From NCBI GenBank assembly GCA_023213395.1, contig CM041465.1:224013741-224077740 (forward strand): a DNA stretch of 64,000 nucleotides, in the 5' to 3' direction. Positions 41,101 through 53,900 of this stretch are shown here, one piece after another; within the stretch, counting starts at the first letter, position 1, and the number at the start of each line of letters is the position of its first letter. The stretch comes from Cycas panzhihuaensis. Lineage: Eukaryota > Plantae > Cycadophyta. The translations under genes and the position numbers were made by a program. The notes beneath the pieces are model-generated. The model had not been told where the DNA came from and did no database searches. It saw nothing but the letters and a program-made list of their open reading frames with translations.

Positions 41101-41519
41101 ATAAATCAAAGTCTAGTAATTGAGTTAAATAAGTAGGCTATTCATCATTGTTTAGAAATAGGTCTATATAAATACTTAAGTCCCAAATAGGATTATGGAT
41201 ATGATCGTTCAAGACTTTGCATAATTTAAGAAAGCTCTTTTTCATATGAATTTTCATAACTCTAAAGTGAAAGCACTTGAGTTTTTCTCAATAAATGTTC
41301 TTCTAACCATTGGTCTTGTCACATATATTATAGTCTAGGAGAGTATTCTACCATTGTGGTTGTATAGGTTGTAGTGTTTCAAGAGGATTTATTGTTATTT
41401 GTATTTGTTAAGGAGGGTTCCTCTACCCTCTATTATAGTAAGGACAATCCTAAGGGGAAGTTTGACAAGGAATATCATAAATAAATGTACTCTTAGGCTC
41501 ATTTTTAAATATCAAATCT

Positions 41520-43890
41520 TGAATGAGTTGGGTAAGTCAAGTGGCAGATGCCACCAACCCTAATAGTATAAATTAAGTAGGTTGACTAGTTATAAAAACT
41601 TCACAAGCAAGTTGATATGGTAATGAGAGAGGTAGGCCACCACCTATAACACCATATCCATGAGGAGCATTACGTTAAATAAGCTAGATTAGAGAGGTTT
41701 CTATAGTCAAAGCATGTTTATATCATTGATCCATTTGTTTAGATTTAACATACATGTGCAAGTTTAACGCAAAAGCTTGAAATAGATAATGTCACTTATG
41801 TTGTCTAAGAAAAGTTGTTTCATGATTATGTCCTTGACAGGGACAATGTAATGCCCTTTAGGTTCCCAATTTCTTTTTTATATGTTATCACTTGGTCTCA
41901 TATGAAAATTAGTTATAATAAAGAAACATCTTGAGGTCATTTTCTTATGCTTTAGGAAGCACAAAGTGATCTAAAAACTTCTTCAATAGGTTTTTAATAT
42001 CATTTATAGATTAGATAACTAGTTTAGCTTTACCAGTATGTACTAGAATTGCATAAAATAGTGTGTGGAAAGAGTCTCATTTGAATAATATCATGATAGA
42101 CCTATGTGGTGTTTACAAAAGCATCAATATGCTTCGTAGGATTCTCATATAATTTACCCTATAACTTAGGAAAACAAAAGAGGATGAAAGGCATATCTAG
42201 CACAATTTCCAAAATAACCAAAGGAGAAGCCCTTACTCCATTGAGACATGGAAATCTCAATGAAGTGGTTGTAAGTTTTGAACCCATAATAATAAGAAGT
42301 TATTAGCTTAGATGTTCTTTGGTCCAAAATTTGTGAACCACTAAGAATAATCAAGTGAATATGAATATGACTAGCCCTAGTGATTGGCCATAAGGGGGAA
42401 AAGGTGGAACCCCTAATATTTGGGAGGTATCAACCTCTTTAAGCATTGGAAGATGGAGTGAGTGTATTAAAATCCTAATGGGATTAACTAGAACTCCTTA
42501 CTGTTCATGTGATGTTTTAACAAGTTAAAGTAGCCACAAATGTGGATACAGATTGATCCTTGAATTGAATCCCTAGTATGGTTACTAAGAAAATGTTAGC
42601 ATAAAATGACCATCATAATATTCCACCACTAATAAGAGGAAAATAAGTTATCAATTTGATTGATATTTTTGCAAGTTGAATTATTTTAAGTTTGAAGGGT
42701 CTTGGTAGGTTCAACATTTGAGTTGGTGAGTAAAAATTAGGTTAAGTTTATTTGTGATTTTGTGTACTTATTTGTTTATGAGGAGCTCATTTAGTTTGGT
42801 GCCATTTAGTACTATAAAATATGGTCAAACATGCCAAAACAAATACTAAATAATACAAAAATTATATTAAGTTGCATTAAGTCATACTCCAAATTGTTTA
42901 CCTAAAACCTTTTAATCTTTGATGAAATAAAATTATGAGTGACATTATTTAAAAAAGAAAAATGAAAAGTAAAAATTGTGCTTGTGATTTGAAATAAAAG
43001 CATGTGTAACATATCATTTAGTGATTTGATCTGATAACCCCCTTTCTTAAAATGCATAGCTACATCTTCCTTTGATAGTAAAATAACAACTTGCTTTTTA
43101 TTGAAATGAAAATGGTTTAGTTTCCCTTTCATATGCAAAATCTTTTTGTTTATAATGAAAAATTGAAAAAGTAAAGGGAAGTCAATTATAATAAGATATG
43201 TACCCCTAGTCCCCTTTTAAATGTCAAAACAACCCTTTCCTCTTTACCACAAAGTTAATTACACTTCTATTAAAACAAAATCCACTTTTCATCGCATGTA
43301 ATATATATGAATTCTTTACCTTAAAGAAAAAAAAATGTAATGTGACTTAAATTAAAAAATAAATAAATAAAAGTAAAATAAAATCAAAATGCACCCCTTT
43401 GAAAGTAGAACTTGTAATCCCCTCTCTTTTAAGCATTAACTCAAGTTTTATTTGTTGAAATGTAAATATGGTTCTTTAGTTTTATCCACGAGTGCATTCC
43501 TTTGTCATGTAAAAATTTATCTTAATTGGAGATCACAATAATAATTAAAACTCAAGTCTAATCACACCCAACCCTATGACCTCCCCTTTCAAAGTCTTAT
43601 AAAGACCTCTCCTAACCAAGTTAACCTACACTCAAATGTTTTTAGACTATAAATTATTTAAGTCAAACCTTTTTTTGTCCCCTTTAATATACAACACCAC
43701 CCAAATCGTTATGAAGTCAAGATTACAATGATCATGATGCTATGATCTTCTCCATTCAAAATTAGATACCACTTTCCTTATCATTACATCACTCAATAAT
43801 TGTTGTTTAAATCAACTCTTTAACCATACATATTTTTGCCTAATGTTATATAAGGCTTTGAGTTATGGGCTTACATAAAACATGCACAAC
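41520..43890 (-). mobile_element. Ty3/Gypsy remnant: gag (~41700-42400), TGGCACC-type PBS (42793-42804) and probable 5' LTR (~42807-43890)
   Basis: Minus-strand translation FPKL*GKLYENPTKHIDAFV...IQMRLFPHTI..YW is typical of non-chromovirus Gypsy gag; boundaries approximate. Confidence 0.55.
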
Positions 43891-43949
43891 ATAAAGGGGA
43901 ATAAAGAAAGTAAAAGAACAAGCAGTAAGAGTGGGGATAAGTAGATCAT

Positions 43950-44556
43950 AACTAATATATAGGCCATATATAGGAAAAATTATGGGAATGATAATGATCT
44001 AGAAATATAGGGATGAAAGTGTCAATGCCCATTTTATGAAGTGAATGAAGGTGAAGTTAACGAAGAGTAATGAAAAATTGAGAACCTAAAAATTCATCAA
44101 AATAACATAGTAAAGTACATGACGAAGGGAACATCAATCTACTTAGATGGCTAAAAGAAAAACTCATCATGGGGATTTGTATTATGTTTAGGCAAGCATA
44201 TCTAGATTTAGTATGAGTGCCTACCATTAGAAAATAATTAAGGATCTTGAAGGATTCAAAATAGATGTCCAAGGCAAGAACTATGGAAGGGATACATAGG
44301 TAAGTTAGGAAATTAAAATGTGATAGTAAATTACACTAATGTCTAAGCATTTTGAGGGAAAACGGTTCAGTGCTAATGGTGAATAATCAAATATATATTG
44401 TAGATGGAGATTCGGTTAACGAAGGTGATGGATGTTGAGTGAAGTTTAGGAGGGGCCCTAAAGTCAATGGCTAATAAAGATGAGGTTGTAGTCATAAAAA
44501 AACTCCCAAGTAAGAGAGAGATAATCATACTAAAAATTGGAAAGATTATATACATT
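43950..44556. repeat. Second copy of the dispersed repeat seen at 1-337
   Basis: Colinear similarity over about 320 bp (44240-44556); left limit uncertain. Confidence 0.7.
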
Positions 44557-45439
44557 AAACAAAAATCAATTATGTTTATTGGGCCTTGACTATGGTTAAA
44601 TAATAAATAGGGGTCTATACGTTAATAATTAATCTAAAAAAATAATAAAACATAACAAAAATACTTGAAATGTCCACAAAATAGGAAATAAGTACATGCA
44701 AAAGATCATTAATCCTATATATGCATAAATATGCCTTGCAGATACCATATTAAGGGGTGAAATATAGTAATTTAAGATAATGAGATCTCATTAGATTTGA
44801 GAAGTTATGATGTGTTAATGTGATTCTATTCACATGAGATTAGAGATCATTAAAGCCTACTTAAGTGTTTATTATTTCCATATAATGAGTATTACCTTCA
44901 TTTTATCAATTATGAATATAATATTTATTCTCCAAAATTATGAATATGCTAAAAAAATATATGTTTAAAAATAAACTTGGGAGTTTTACATAAAAGTGTA
45001 ATCAAATGCATAAGAATTTTCACCTAAAAATACAACAAAACACATATGAAAGTTCCCAATTCAAATTAAAATCTAAGGCTTTTAATTGAAAAATAAAATT
45101 ATAAATGGAGCTTTTGTCTCAATTTCCCTATTTGCCAAAAAAATATCATTAAGAAAGGGTGCACAAAGTTGGTGCCCTACCACTTAAACAACTCCACAAT
45201 GTTTGCAAAGAGCTACAACCCATCAGAAAAGCATTATTTTCAAAGTTTCATAAGGAAAACACAAATAATGTATGTCTTGAACTTAGGTTTAAGAATTCTT
45301 AAAATCCAAACATGAGTTTGATCTTAGTGGAGCTTGAGAATTGCTAATGGGTTGATAAGTTTATCAATAGTATTCAACACTGCAACATAATGCTAGGTTT
45401 CAAATTGATGAGAAAGATGGTTAGGTTCTTATTAGGGTT

Positions 45440-46270
45440 GACTAACTACCATTTATGAATGCTAGTACACAACGGTGTTAAATGATTACCATGTAAACAC
45501 TCCCTTAATAATGCTTTTAATGGTTTAATTTAATTCAATAATTTGCATATAATGCAATCTTTCATTCTTCTTTATTTGATACATTATGATTGATTAAATA
45601 TAAAGGATACTATCAAGTTAATATAGTTGGTTAAACATAAAAAGTTAGTGTGGAATACTATGTAGGTACTATCCAATATAAATTATATGTGGATGGATGC
45701 TTATGATGATATTGTTAAATAGTAAATTTTATAGATGTATGGTATAGATGTATCTTAAAATGTTATTAATGTTATGAAATAAGTTAATGGATGGATTCTT
45801 TTGATAATATCATGAAATAGTAGATATATCTAATTTTACTAATAAACAGATGGATGGTTTTTTTATAATGATGATATACATCTTTAAAAATTGATATTCA
45901 ATAATACCATCAAAAGCATCCATCTACTTCTAACTTATGTTATATAGTATCTACATAGCTTTTTACAGTAAACTTTCATATTTAACTAACCACATAAACT
46001 AACACTAAATAGTGCCTATGAAAAATCTATGTAGCATTCCACACTATCCTTTCATATTTAAATGAAGTACATTTAACTTACACTAGATAATACTAACATT
46101 TCATATTTATCAAACTATGTTTCTAATATATAAAATAAAAAATAAACAATTATTCTATTATGTGTAAGTTATTAAATCAAATATAGGCACAAAACCATCA
46201 TTAAGAAAATATTATTAAGGTAATTACTTATTCCACCTAGGATAAATATTTACCATAAATAGTAGCATAT
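45440..46270. mobile_element. Foldback (long inverted repeat) non-autonomous DNA element
   Basis: 45504-45560 is the degenerate reverse complement of 46150-46219; 45617-45672 matches the reverse complement of 45945-46000; ends and TSD not resolved. Confidence 0.7.
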
Positions 46271-46366
46271 GCCTAGGGTAAATAATTACCCCTTTAATGC
46301 TATCTCTATAATGGCTTCATAGTTAAATTTAATTTAATAATTTGTACATAATAAAATCCTCCATTC

Positions 46367-46445
<79 letters not shown>

Positions 46446-46464
46446 GTATAATATAGTTAGTTAA
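46270..46464. mobile_element. Left part of a second foldback-family copy, interrupted by the LINE and resuming at 63835
   Basis: TTTAATTTAATAATTTGTACATAAT..ATATAGTTAGTTAA matches 45530-45635; the sequence after the LINE poly-A continues the same consensus. Confidence 0.65.
46368..46443. repeat. (TTA)n microsatellite, about 25 units
   Basis: Perfect trinucleotide run. Confidence 0.98.
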
Positions 46465-46699
46465 AACTACTACAAATAGGAAAGAGAAGCCATGCAATGA
46501 ATACTCCAAGTGTGTGAATTATTATTTGCTATCATTTTGGACTCCCTCATATTTAGGGGTCAGTTATGGTACATAGGTTACCTTTATCAATCAATCACTC
46601 TATGTCAAACCAAATGCCATTATAGTTGTCCCATAAAATAGTTGAATAACTACAAAGATGATCAAAGAACTAAATCAGATTGGATTAGATTTAGCTTTG

Positions 46700-47850
46700 T
46701 TTACCCCATAATGAGAGGCTAACTCCAAAAAGAACTCAAAAGCTTGTCTTGAAAGTCTACAATGAGGTGAATAGAGCCTTTCTTCCATCTTTCTAAATTT
46801 TAATTGTGTTAAATGCTCTGTAAGATTCTTTTTTCTACATGCTTTAAGTGTATTTTGCGGGCCACATACCTTATGAAGTAGTTATTAGAGAATGGGTTAG
46901 AGCATCCATAGAAGTCATGTGGTGAAAATTTGCCTACATTAGCAATTTAATGAAAAGTTTCTTTTTGTTTATTTTTCAATCCCAAAAATCTCCTGACATA
47001 TCCTTTAACATGATTTATGAATGTGTAAGAAAACCTAGTGGTGTTATTGGGAACTGGGTTTTCTAGCTGGTTGTGAAGTTACTTTCAAGTGTCTCATTTA
47101 GGTGGAGTTTCAAGCATCCCCTTACACTTATGGTTGTTTTTTAAAGAGTCAATTAAGCATATCAACAATTTTGTTTCCCTTGAGCCCCACCATGAGTTTT
47201 GCCCTAGTTTGAACATCAAACCCTATGTTAGGATAGATCTATCAAAAGATCTTCCTAAATACATTTTAATTCAATTCAATCTAAAGATCTTAAATGAGTG
47301 GATGGTATACTTGAATGTGCCCAATGCTTGTTTTAAATGTCATTTACAGGAGTATACAATCAAAGAATACACTTTGAAGCATGCTGACAAGACCAACACC
47401 TAGAGCGAAAGTGAAAAGTCCAATAGTAGAACATGAAAATGGATGGATTGAAGCCCATAACAAAAAGTGGTTAGGAAGAAAGCCAAAACAAAGGCTCAAA
47501 AGTCAACTATTAAGCCCCAACCTCGTCCCTTAAACTTATGGGAAGCTTTAAGGATAGCAAGGGGAATGAAAAGGAAAAGGTTAAGGCCAAGGAAGTCAAG
47601 AAAAAACTCTATAAAAACCTAAACCATCGCTACTCTCCCAACCCCTCCAAGTCAACATCCCCAAGTTGTAAAAAGTGGGGGAATGAATAGAAGAAAATAA
47701 ATGGGAAAACTCCATTAAATACTGCATTGATCAAGTGATCAAAAAAATAAAGTCTTCTAATAACTCACCAAAAAAGAATATGTTTTCAATTATAGTTACT
47801 AACTAAGAAAATAAGGGGGTTAACATGGAGATTGAGGAGTTAAATGATGA
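46700..47850 (+). pseudogene. LINE ORF1 relic (DUF4283/zinc-knuckle type)
   Basis: IPLHLW...VRIDLSKDLPKYI...VYLNVPNACFKCH; start approximate. Confidence 0.8.
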
Positions 47851-48285
47851 ATGTTATTAACTAGAATGTTAGAGGGTTTTCTCATCAATTTATGCATATG
47901 CTAATCAAAAGGTTTTGTCATAAGTTACATGATTTATATGTTCTTTATTACAAGAGATTAAATATATAAGCCATGTCCTAAGGTTTTTTACCATATGTAT
48001 TTAGAATAAAGTGGAGTCTTTCTCCATCAATCATCAAGATATGAGAGGAGGCATTATAACATTAATTAAATCTTGTCTTACTAAATGTATAATTTCTTCT
48101 TGTTCAAACCCTTTTAATATATTTGTTCCCTTATATTAATAGTGGATAACCTTGTATTAATAATTGTTAATATTTATGTTCTAAACTCCCTAAGCAAGAA
48201 AGTAATGTTGTGGTCCTAACTTAGCCTCGACCTTGTAGAAGCCTCACAGTTCCTCTATGATGACTTCAACACAATTGAAGCACCT
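47848..48285 (+). pseudogene. LINE ORF2, AP-endonuclease N-terminal part
   Basis: MNVIN*NVRG, LLQEIK, IVNIYV and DDFNTIEAP motifs. Confidence 0.85.
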
Positions 48286-49295
48286 TGTGATAAGCCTTCA
48301 TCACATGAGAGTAGGTTAGTTAGTAAAGATTAGTATTAAGGAAATTAAATAATAAGAAAATAGGAGATTGAGTAGCTTAAAAGTAGGTGAATATAATATT
48401 ATAAGAAGAGGATGAGGTTTTTACTATAATACTCTACTCTATTTATTATTGAGGTCATGTTATGTTAATAAAAAGATTGTTCTTAGAGCTCATTATAGTG
48501 TCTCTTTGTTTGTCTTTGGTACACTTCAATCCCATCACCCATTTTGTCCGCCTCCATCACTTTTGGATTTTCTTACTCTTATTTTGAATATTGTAAGGGT
48601 AATAAAGACAAACCTATTAAAGGTAATATTAGAGCAAGGTTATTTAGTAACTTTTTTTTTTCCTACTTTAATACAGGTTTTGAATGTATTTTTATAAGTA
48701 TAAACACTAACATTTTTAAAACGTAATTCTAAATTTGAAACAAAAAGGCCCATTCTATAAATTTTGAGTAGTTACGTTACAAGTTTTGAGCCAAATTTAT
48801 GAAAATTATAGTAGATTTAATTTTGGCCTATTATCTGACATTATCTTTAAGACTAAAATTCTACTACTTAAACTTCAAACAATCATAACTTTAGCTACAA
48901 GCATCCAACTAACATTTTTTTTTTAGATTATATGTATTTTAAAATTTCATTTTCATTGTAAGTGGTCTTAGGTCCATTAGAGGTATGAGAAAAAAGTTAC
49001 TAGCATTTTAGCAAAAGGCATAGTTACAGTCTCTTGAAACCCTATGAGTAAACCTCATTAAAACGAGTATAACTTTTGATACAGGCATTAGAATTTGATT
49101 CTGTTTGAACCATTGAAATCATAATTTAGATGTTATTATTTTTATTCATATTTTATGTATTTTAAAATTAAAAAAAAAAATTAGATATTAAATTTTGAAA
49201 TTAAGGTTTTATAATTGTGTAATACTTTATTACAGAAGTCATTCAGGCTTTGGTTGAAAAACCATTACTCTTGATGCCTTAATATCTCCACTGTA

Positions 49296-49297
<2 letters not shown>

Positions 49298-49338
<41 letters not shown>
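49298..49338. repeat. (AG)20 microsatellite immediately upstream of the gag ATG of J
   Basis: Perfect dinucleotide run. Confidence 0.98.
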
Positions 49339-49343
<5 letters not shown>

Positions 49344-49612
49344 ATGACCAAACTCCTCAACTTTATTCTTGATGATCTACTGACTTTCCACAATTAGGTT
49401 GTGGCCTTGTAAGCATACTTCGAAAAGGTTAACCTTCTAGAGTATGACAAAGTTTATGAAAGTATTGAACATTTACAAAGACAACTTCATTGGTGGGCAT
49501 AATAGTGGTTACATAATACTTGCATGTATGATATCTGCATGACTTGAGATATCTTTAGTTCCTCACTTAGCCTAGAGATTCAAGAGCTATATCCATATCA
49601 TCTTGTGGTAGA
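49344..49612 (+). pseudogene. Gypsy-type gag relic of J (continues after K at 58903 into an acidic repetitive tail)
   Basis: MTKLLNF..FHN*VVAL*AYFEKVNLLEYDKVYESIEHLQRQLHWWA..MT*DIFSSSL resembles a Retrotrans_gag capsid. Confidence 0.65.
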
Positions 49613-50949
49613 TGTGGGCGGGGGGAGCGGGGGGGGAAAGACACATAACTCTAAAGAATGAATTATAGTTTTTGACATAATCAGCATGTACCAAGTGTGA
49701 CCAGGTACAACAAAAACTAGAATAAAGTTGTAATAAGTGTGACTAAGTGCAACTAAGTACGATTATAGTTGACCAAAGAAGTTGTGACCAAAGATATGAT
49801 TGCGTTACAATCAAGCAACGAAAATATGATCAGAACTATAATTTAATGGTAAATGTTAACTATTAATAATTTGATTGGTTATGTAATAGATGACAATTAT
49901 AACCAAATACATGAAATGTAACTAACAACTGAAGCTAAATAGTCACATGATACATCATGGTGTGTGTGCATAGATAGCAGGAATCTTTGGCATCCTTAAT
50001 ACCGTCTACATCCCAGGCTTTCCATTGTATATTGTTTTGATGTATATCTAGTTGTGAGAGGACCAAATGTAGGGCCTTTATACTAATAAAGTTTTGGTTT
50101 GTATGCTCAATTCTGTGTACCTTGTACTGTCTTAGTCTGTTATAAATAGATGTGAGGTAGATTGATGGCACACATTAGTTCTGTTGTCGCTTTTGAATCT
50201 AGAGTAGTGAAAGGATGAGTATTCAAGTAATGAAAGAATAAAGGAGCAAGGTTGTCCATGCCAATAAAAGTTGGTTATGCAAGAAAAACCAAAATGAGGT
50301 AAGAACGAGGCGAATGTTGGGAGATTAAACAACTTTAAGATGAAGTCCAAAAACTAAAGGAGCCTGTTGAGAAGCAACGAGTGAGGAAGAGACAACCTGT
50401 GAAGTGCAGACAAGAGAGAAGTCTAACTTCAGAAAAACAAGATGGATGTAGTAGACTAAAAGAAATTGAATCATAAAAGAAATGGCTAGTCAATACTAAA
50501 CAAAAGGACAAGAGAGATGAAACGAAACTATACCAAAGTGTGTAGAGGACATAAACCCTAAGAAAGGATAAGATTGTCAAGAAAACCTTGAAAATTTTAC
50601 AATTTTAAATGTAGAAGATTTAGGAAAGTTGGTAAAATTTGAGATATATATCACTACCAATGTTGGGTAGGATTACCATATAGTAGAGATAAAGGAATTC
50701 CATTCTCATGTCCTGAATCCTCTATTTAACAAAATAGGAGAAATATTATTAGGCTCCATCTTCTCAGGATAATTCACACAAACAAGTATAGGAATTCTAA
50801 GGTAGATAAGAAGCACGAGTGAAGGTTCTCTCAATCCTAAGAATTTCTTTCTGAATAGAAGAGGGACTAGTTCAACAACTTCCACCGAGAATGCAAATAA
50901 AAATCCTCAAAGTAGACCAATTGTGGAAGGAGTGATGAATTCAGGGTAA

Positions 50950-53900
50950 GGAAATATAATTGTAAATATGACAAGAAGAAACTAATTAGCCCCTCTATAT
51001 GTCATCATTCAAAATGATGCTACATTGGGGCATTTGAAATGTAACGGATCAAGTGATTCGAGTGATCATATGGCACTTTTCTCCAACATGTTGAAGATCA
51101 AAAGAATTTGAGATTTAGAGGAAATCAAAACTTGATTCTTTTCAATGCTAAAAGGAGTAGTAATCGCTTGGTACTAATACATCTTGGCTATAAATCCAAT
51201 ATGGGAGCATATTCAAATACAATTCCTGGATAGATTCCAAAGATAAGAGATCCAATGGTATTTTTTCAGGCTTTGGAGGAGATTCGATAGATTCTAGAAG
51301 AATCAGTAAGCGGTTTTGATGAAAGATTGTGAATAATCATGAACAAAATAGATCCTTCAACTCCTATAAATCTTATGTTGTCTCTAAAGTATTTTGTCTA
51401 ATGTCTCTTGCCACAACTGAAAGAGAAAGTTATTCTACACCTAATGAATAGCTATGAACAAGTACGAGAACTGGCTTTGAAATTCAAGAATCAAATGAAG
51501 AAAAGATATTTATAGTCAGAACTTTATATAGGTATGCTAGGAACAAATCTACAAATCTTTAGACAACCAGTAGCCAATGCCCAGGCAGTAGCAAATTCTT
51601 TGCCATATCATGCTCTACAGATAGAGATGAACCTAGAATTAGAAGCACTAAAAAGAGAAGTAGAAGCCCTAAAGTAGTAACCTTCAATATCTCTTCCTTT
51701 AGTGATGCAACGAAGTTAAGAAATTGAGAAGCTAAGATCAGAATTGGCAAGACTCAAAATGGAGAAGACAAGGGACAATGTATAGTGTCTTCCACTCTAT
51801 GGCCAAGCTAGTCACCTAAGGAATGAGCACCAATAAGCTCTAGATAATAAATGGTAACAGGTATGTAGGAGAGATAATCATAACACCTAGGAATGTTATC
51901 ATAGAGCACCTCGAGTTAAGATATAAGATTCTTTCTATCAAAAGTCTAAACTAAGCTCCTTCAAACAATATAAGAGAAAGACTAAGCTTGTCCAGTGCCA
52001 TTTATGCTCAAGATGGGGCCACTTTTAGGTAGATTGTTCATTACAAAAGTGAGATGCAGATTATATTTATGAAGAATATGGTCAAACAAACAATGAGTGG
52101 AGCAATTACCCCAAGAATCTTAGTCTAAAGGTACAGAGCTCTAATCTTATAACAAAAATCTCAAATGAGGTGCAACCAGTATACATGCAAATAAGGAGCA
52201 GGAAGACAACCTCTACTCTAGTAGCAAAAAACTTCTTAGATCCTATTGTTGAAAAGAAAATACTTCAAGAGGCAGTCTAGGATCTTCAAGATGCCATGAA
52301 GATTTTCCACCAAGAGGAATCACAACAAGCAAGTAGATTCAAAGGGCAGGTGTATCAAAGAAATGCAACATTCCAAGGGGAGCGAATGAAGGTAATTCCT
52401 TGGCAAAAGCTGCAATCGGTTAAAAGATCTTTTAATGGAATTAGGAATTTTAATTCTTATTGTTGTTGTTTTTAAATGGTGGGAAGCAGGATATTTCCAA
52501 CAGGTTGTGTTGGATTAGATTGAAAAACTAGTGCTAAGAGCTTTAAAAACTGATGTAATAGATCTAAGAGTCCTAGTAAGCATATTTGGGCCAAGGATTT
52601 GCAAGACAATCATAGATGGTAGTTCAAGAGTAAATGTACTCCCTGAAATAACCTAGATCTCTGTAGGACGACTAGAGGTGGTTTCCCCAGATTATTCAAT
52701 GCGGTTAGCTAACTAGCTCAAAGTTAGGCCAATGGGCACATTGTTGAATGTACTGGTGATAGTTGTAGGTATCATGGTGCAGTTAGATTTTGCAGTGGTA
52801 AAAATGTAAAATCATAAGAAGACATTCCCTACACTATTGAGAAGGTCTTGGTTGCTAGCAATCAAAGCCTTACAAGACTAGGGAAAGCTAACCTTTACAT
52901 TGTATTTAGCAGGGAAGAAGGTGACACTTCCATTCTATTCAGATGGGCCCCAGATTGAGAAAGTGGAAGATATAGACATAGCATCAACAATGACAACAAC
53001 ATCAGTAACCATCATAAGTCCCTGTTCATAGATGACATATCAAGATTTAAAAACCCCACCAGATTTATCTAGTGAAGCCTCATCTACATATGTACTAGAT
53101 TGGCTCGAAACAGCATGGGAAGATACTGAAGCTAAAGGAACAAATTATTATCGACTAAAGGTGTGTCAAGATAGTTAGGATTTAGAAGAAAACAAGGAAG
53201 TGGAGCATGCTATAATAGATGAAGAATCAAAAAGTTCGGATGAAACACACAAAACCTTGGACAAGCTATTCAAAGAAAGGATAATGGAAAGAAGATTAGA
53301 AAGATGTTGAGGTAATTTTAAGGAATTTCTTGGGAACTTACCTCAATTTTAGGGTAAAAATAAAAAGGCAAAAAAGTATATAGAGGAGTGTACCAAATAT
53401 TTTGAGAATAAAAAAGATTGATTGGTTGTATATATTTCATTTTTCTTTAGATAGTCAAGCTCTAACATGGTTTAAAGCACGCAAAGCATAATTTTGTAAT
53501 TGGAAAAGAATAGTGAAAATATTTTTAATCTGATTTCAAAACCAAAATAATAAACTATCTATATTCAAAATTGACCCTGAACAAAATGTTTGGAACTGTG
53601 TAAAAATTTAGGAGCAAGATCAAAGTAAAAAATGGAAATGGGTATATCAATTACCCATATCCCTGGCATGTACCAGTTTAATCTTGTATTTAGATGGGGA
53701 GAGACAGAATAAAGGAAATTGGGAATGGGATATAGTAATTAAAAGTTTTGTACAAACCTTTTCCTTTTGCGGTCCAAATAAATCAATTCATAAAATTTTA
53801 TTAGCCATGAAAGGAAAAGTTATAAATCTTGTAAAGGAATATCACCCAATAAAAAAAGAACTAGAATTAAAATCTAGTTTAATGTTGAAAAAGAAGGGTG

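Noticed and set aside
46306-46509. ORF with a poly-isoleucine run
   Set aside because: Artefact of translating the (TTA)n microsatellite
48449-48726. Similar small ORFs at 48449 and 59730 suggesting a duplicated gene
   Set aside because: They are the two LTRs of element J; non-coding
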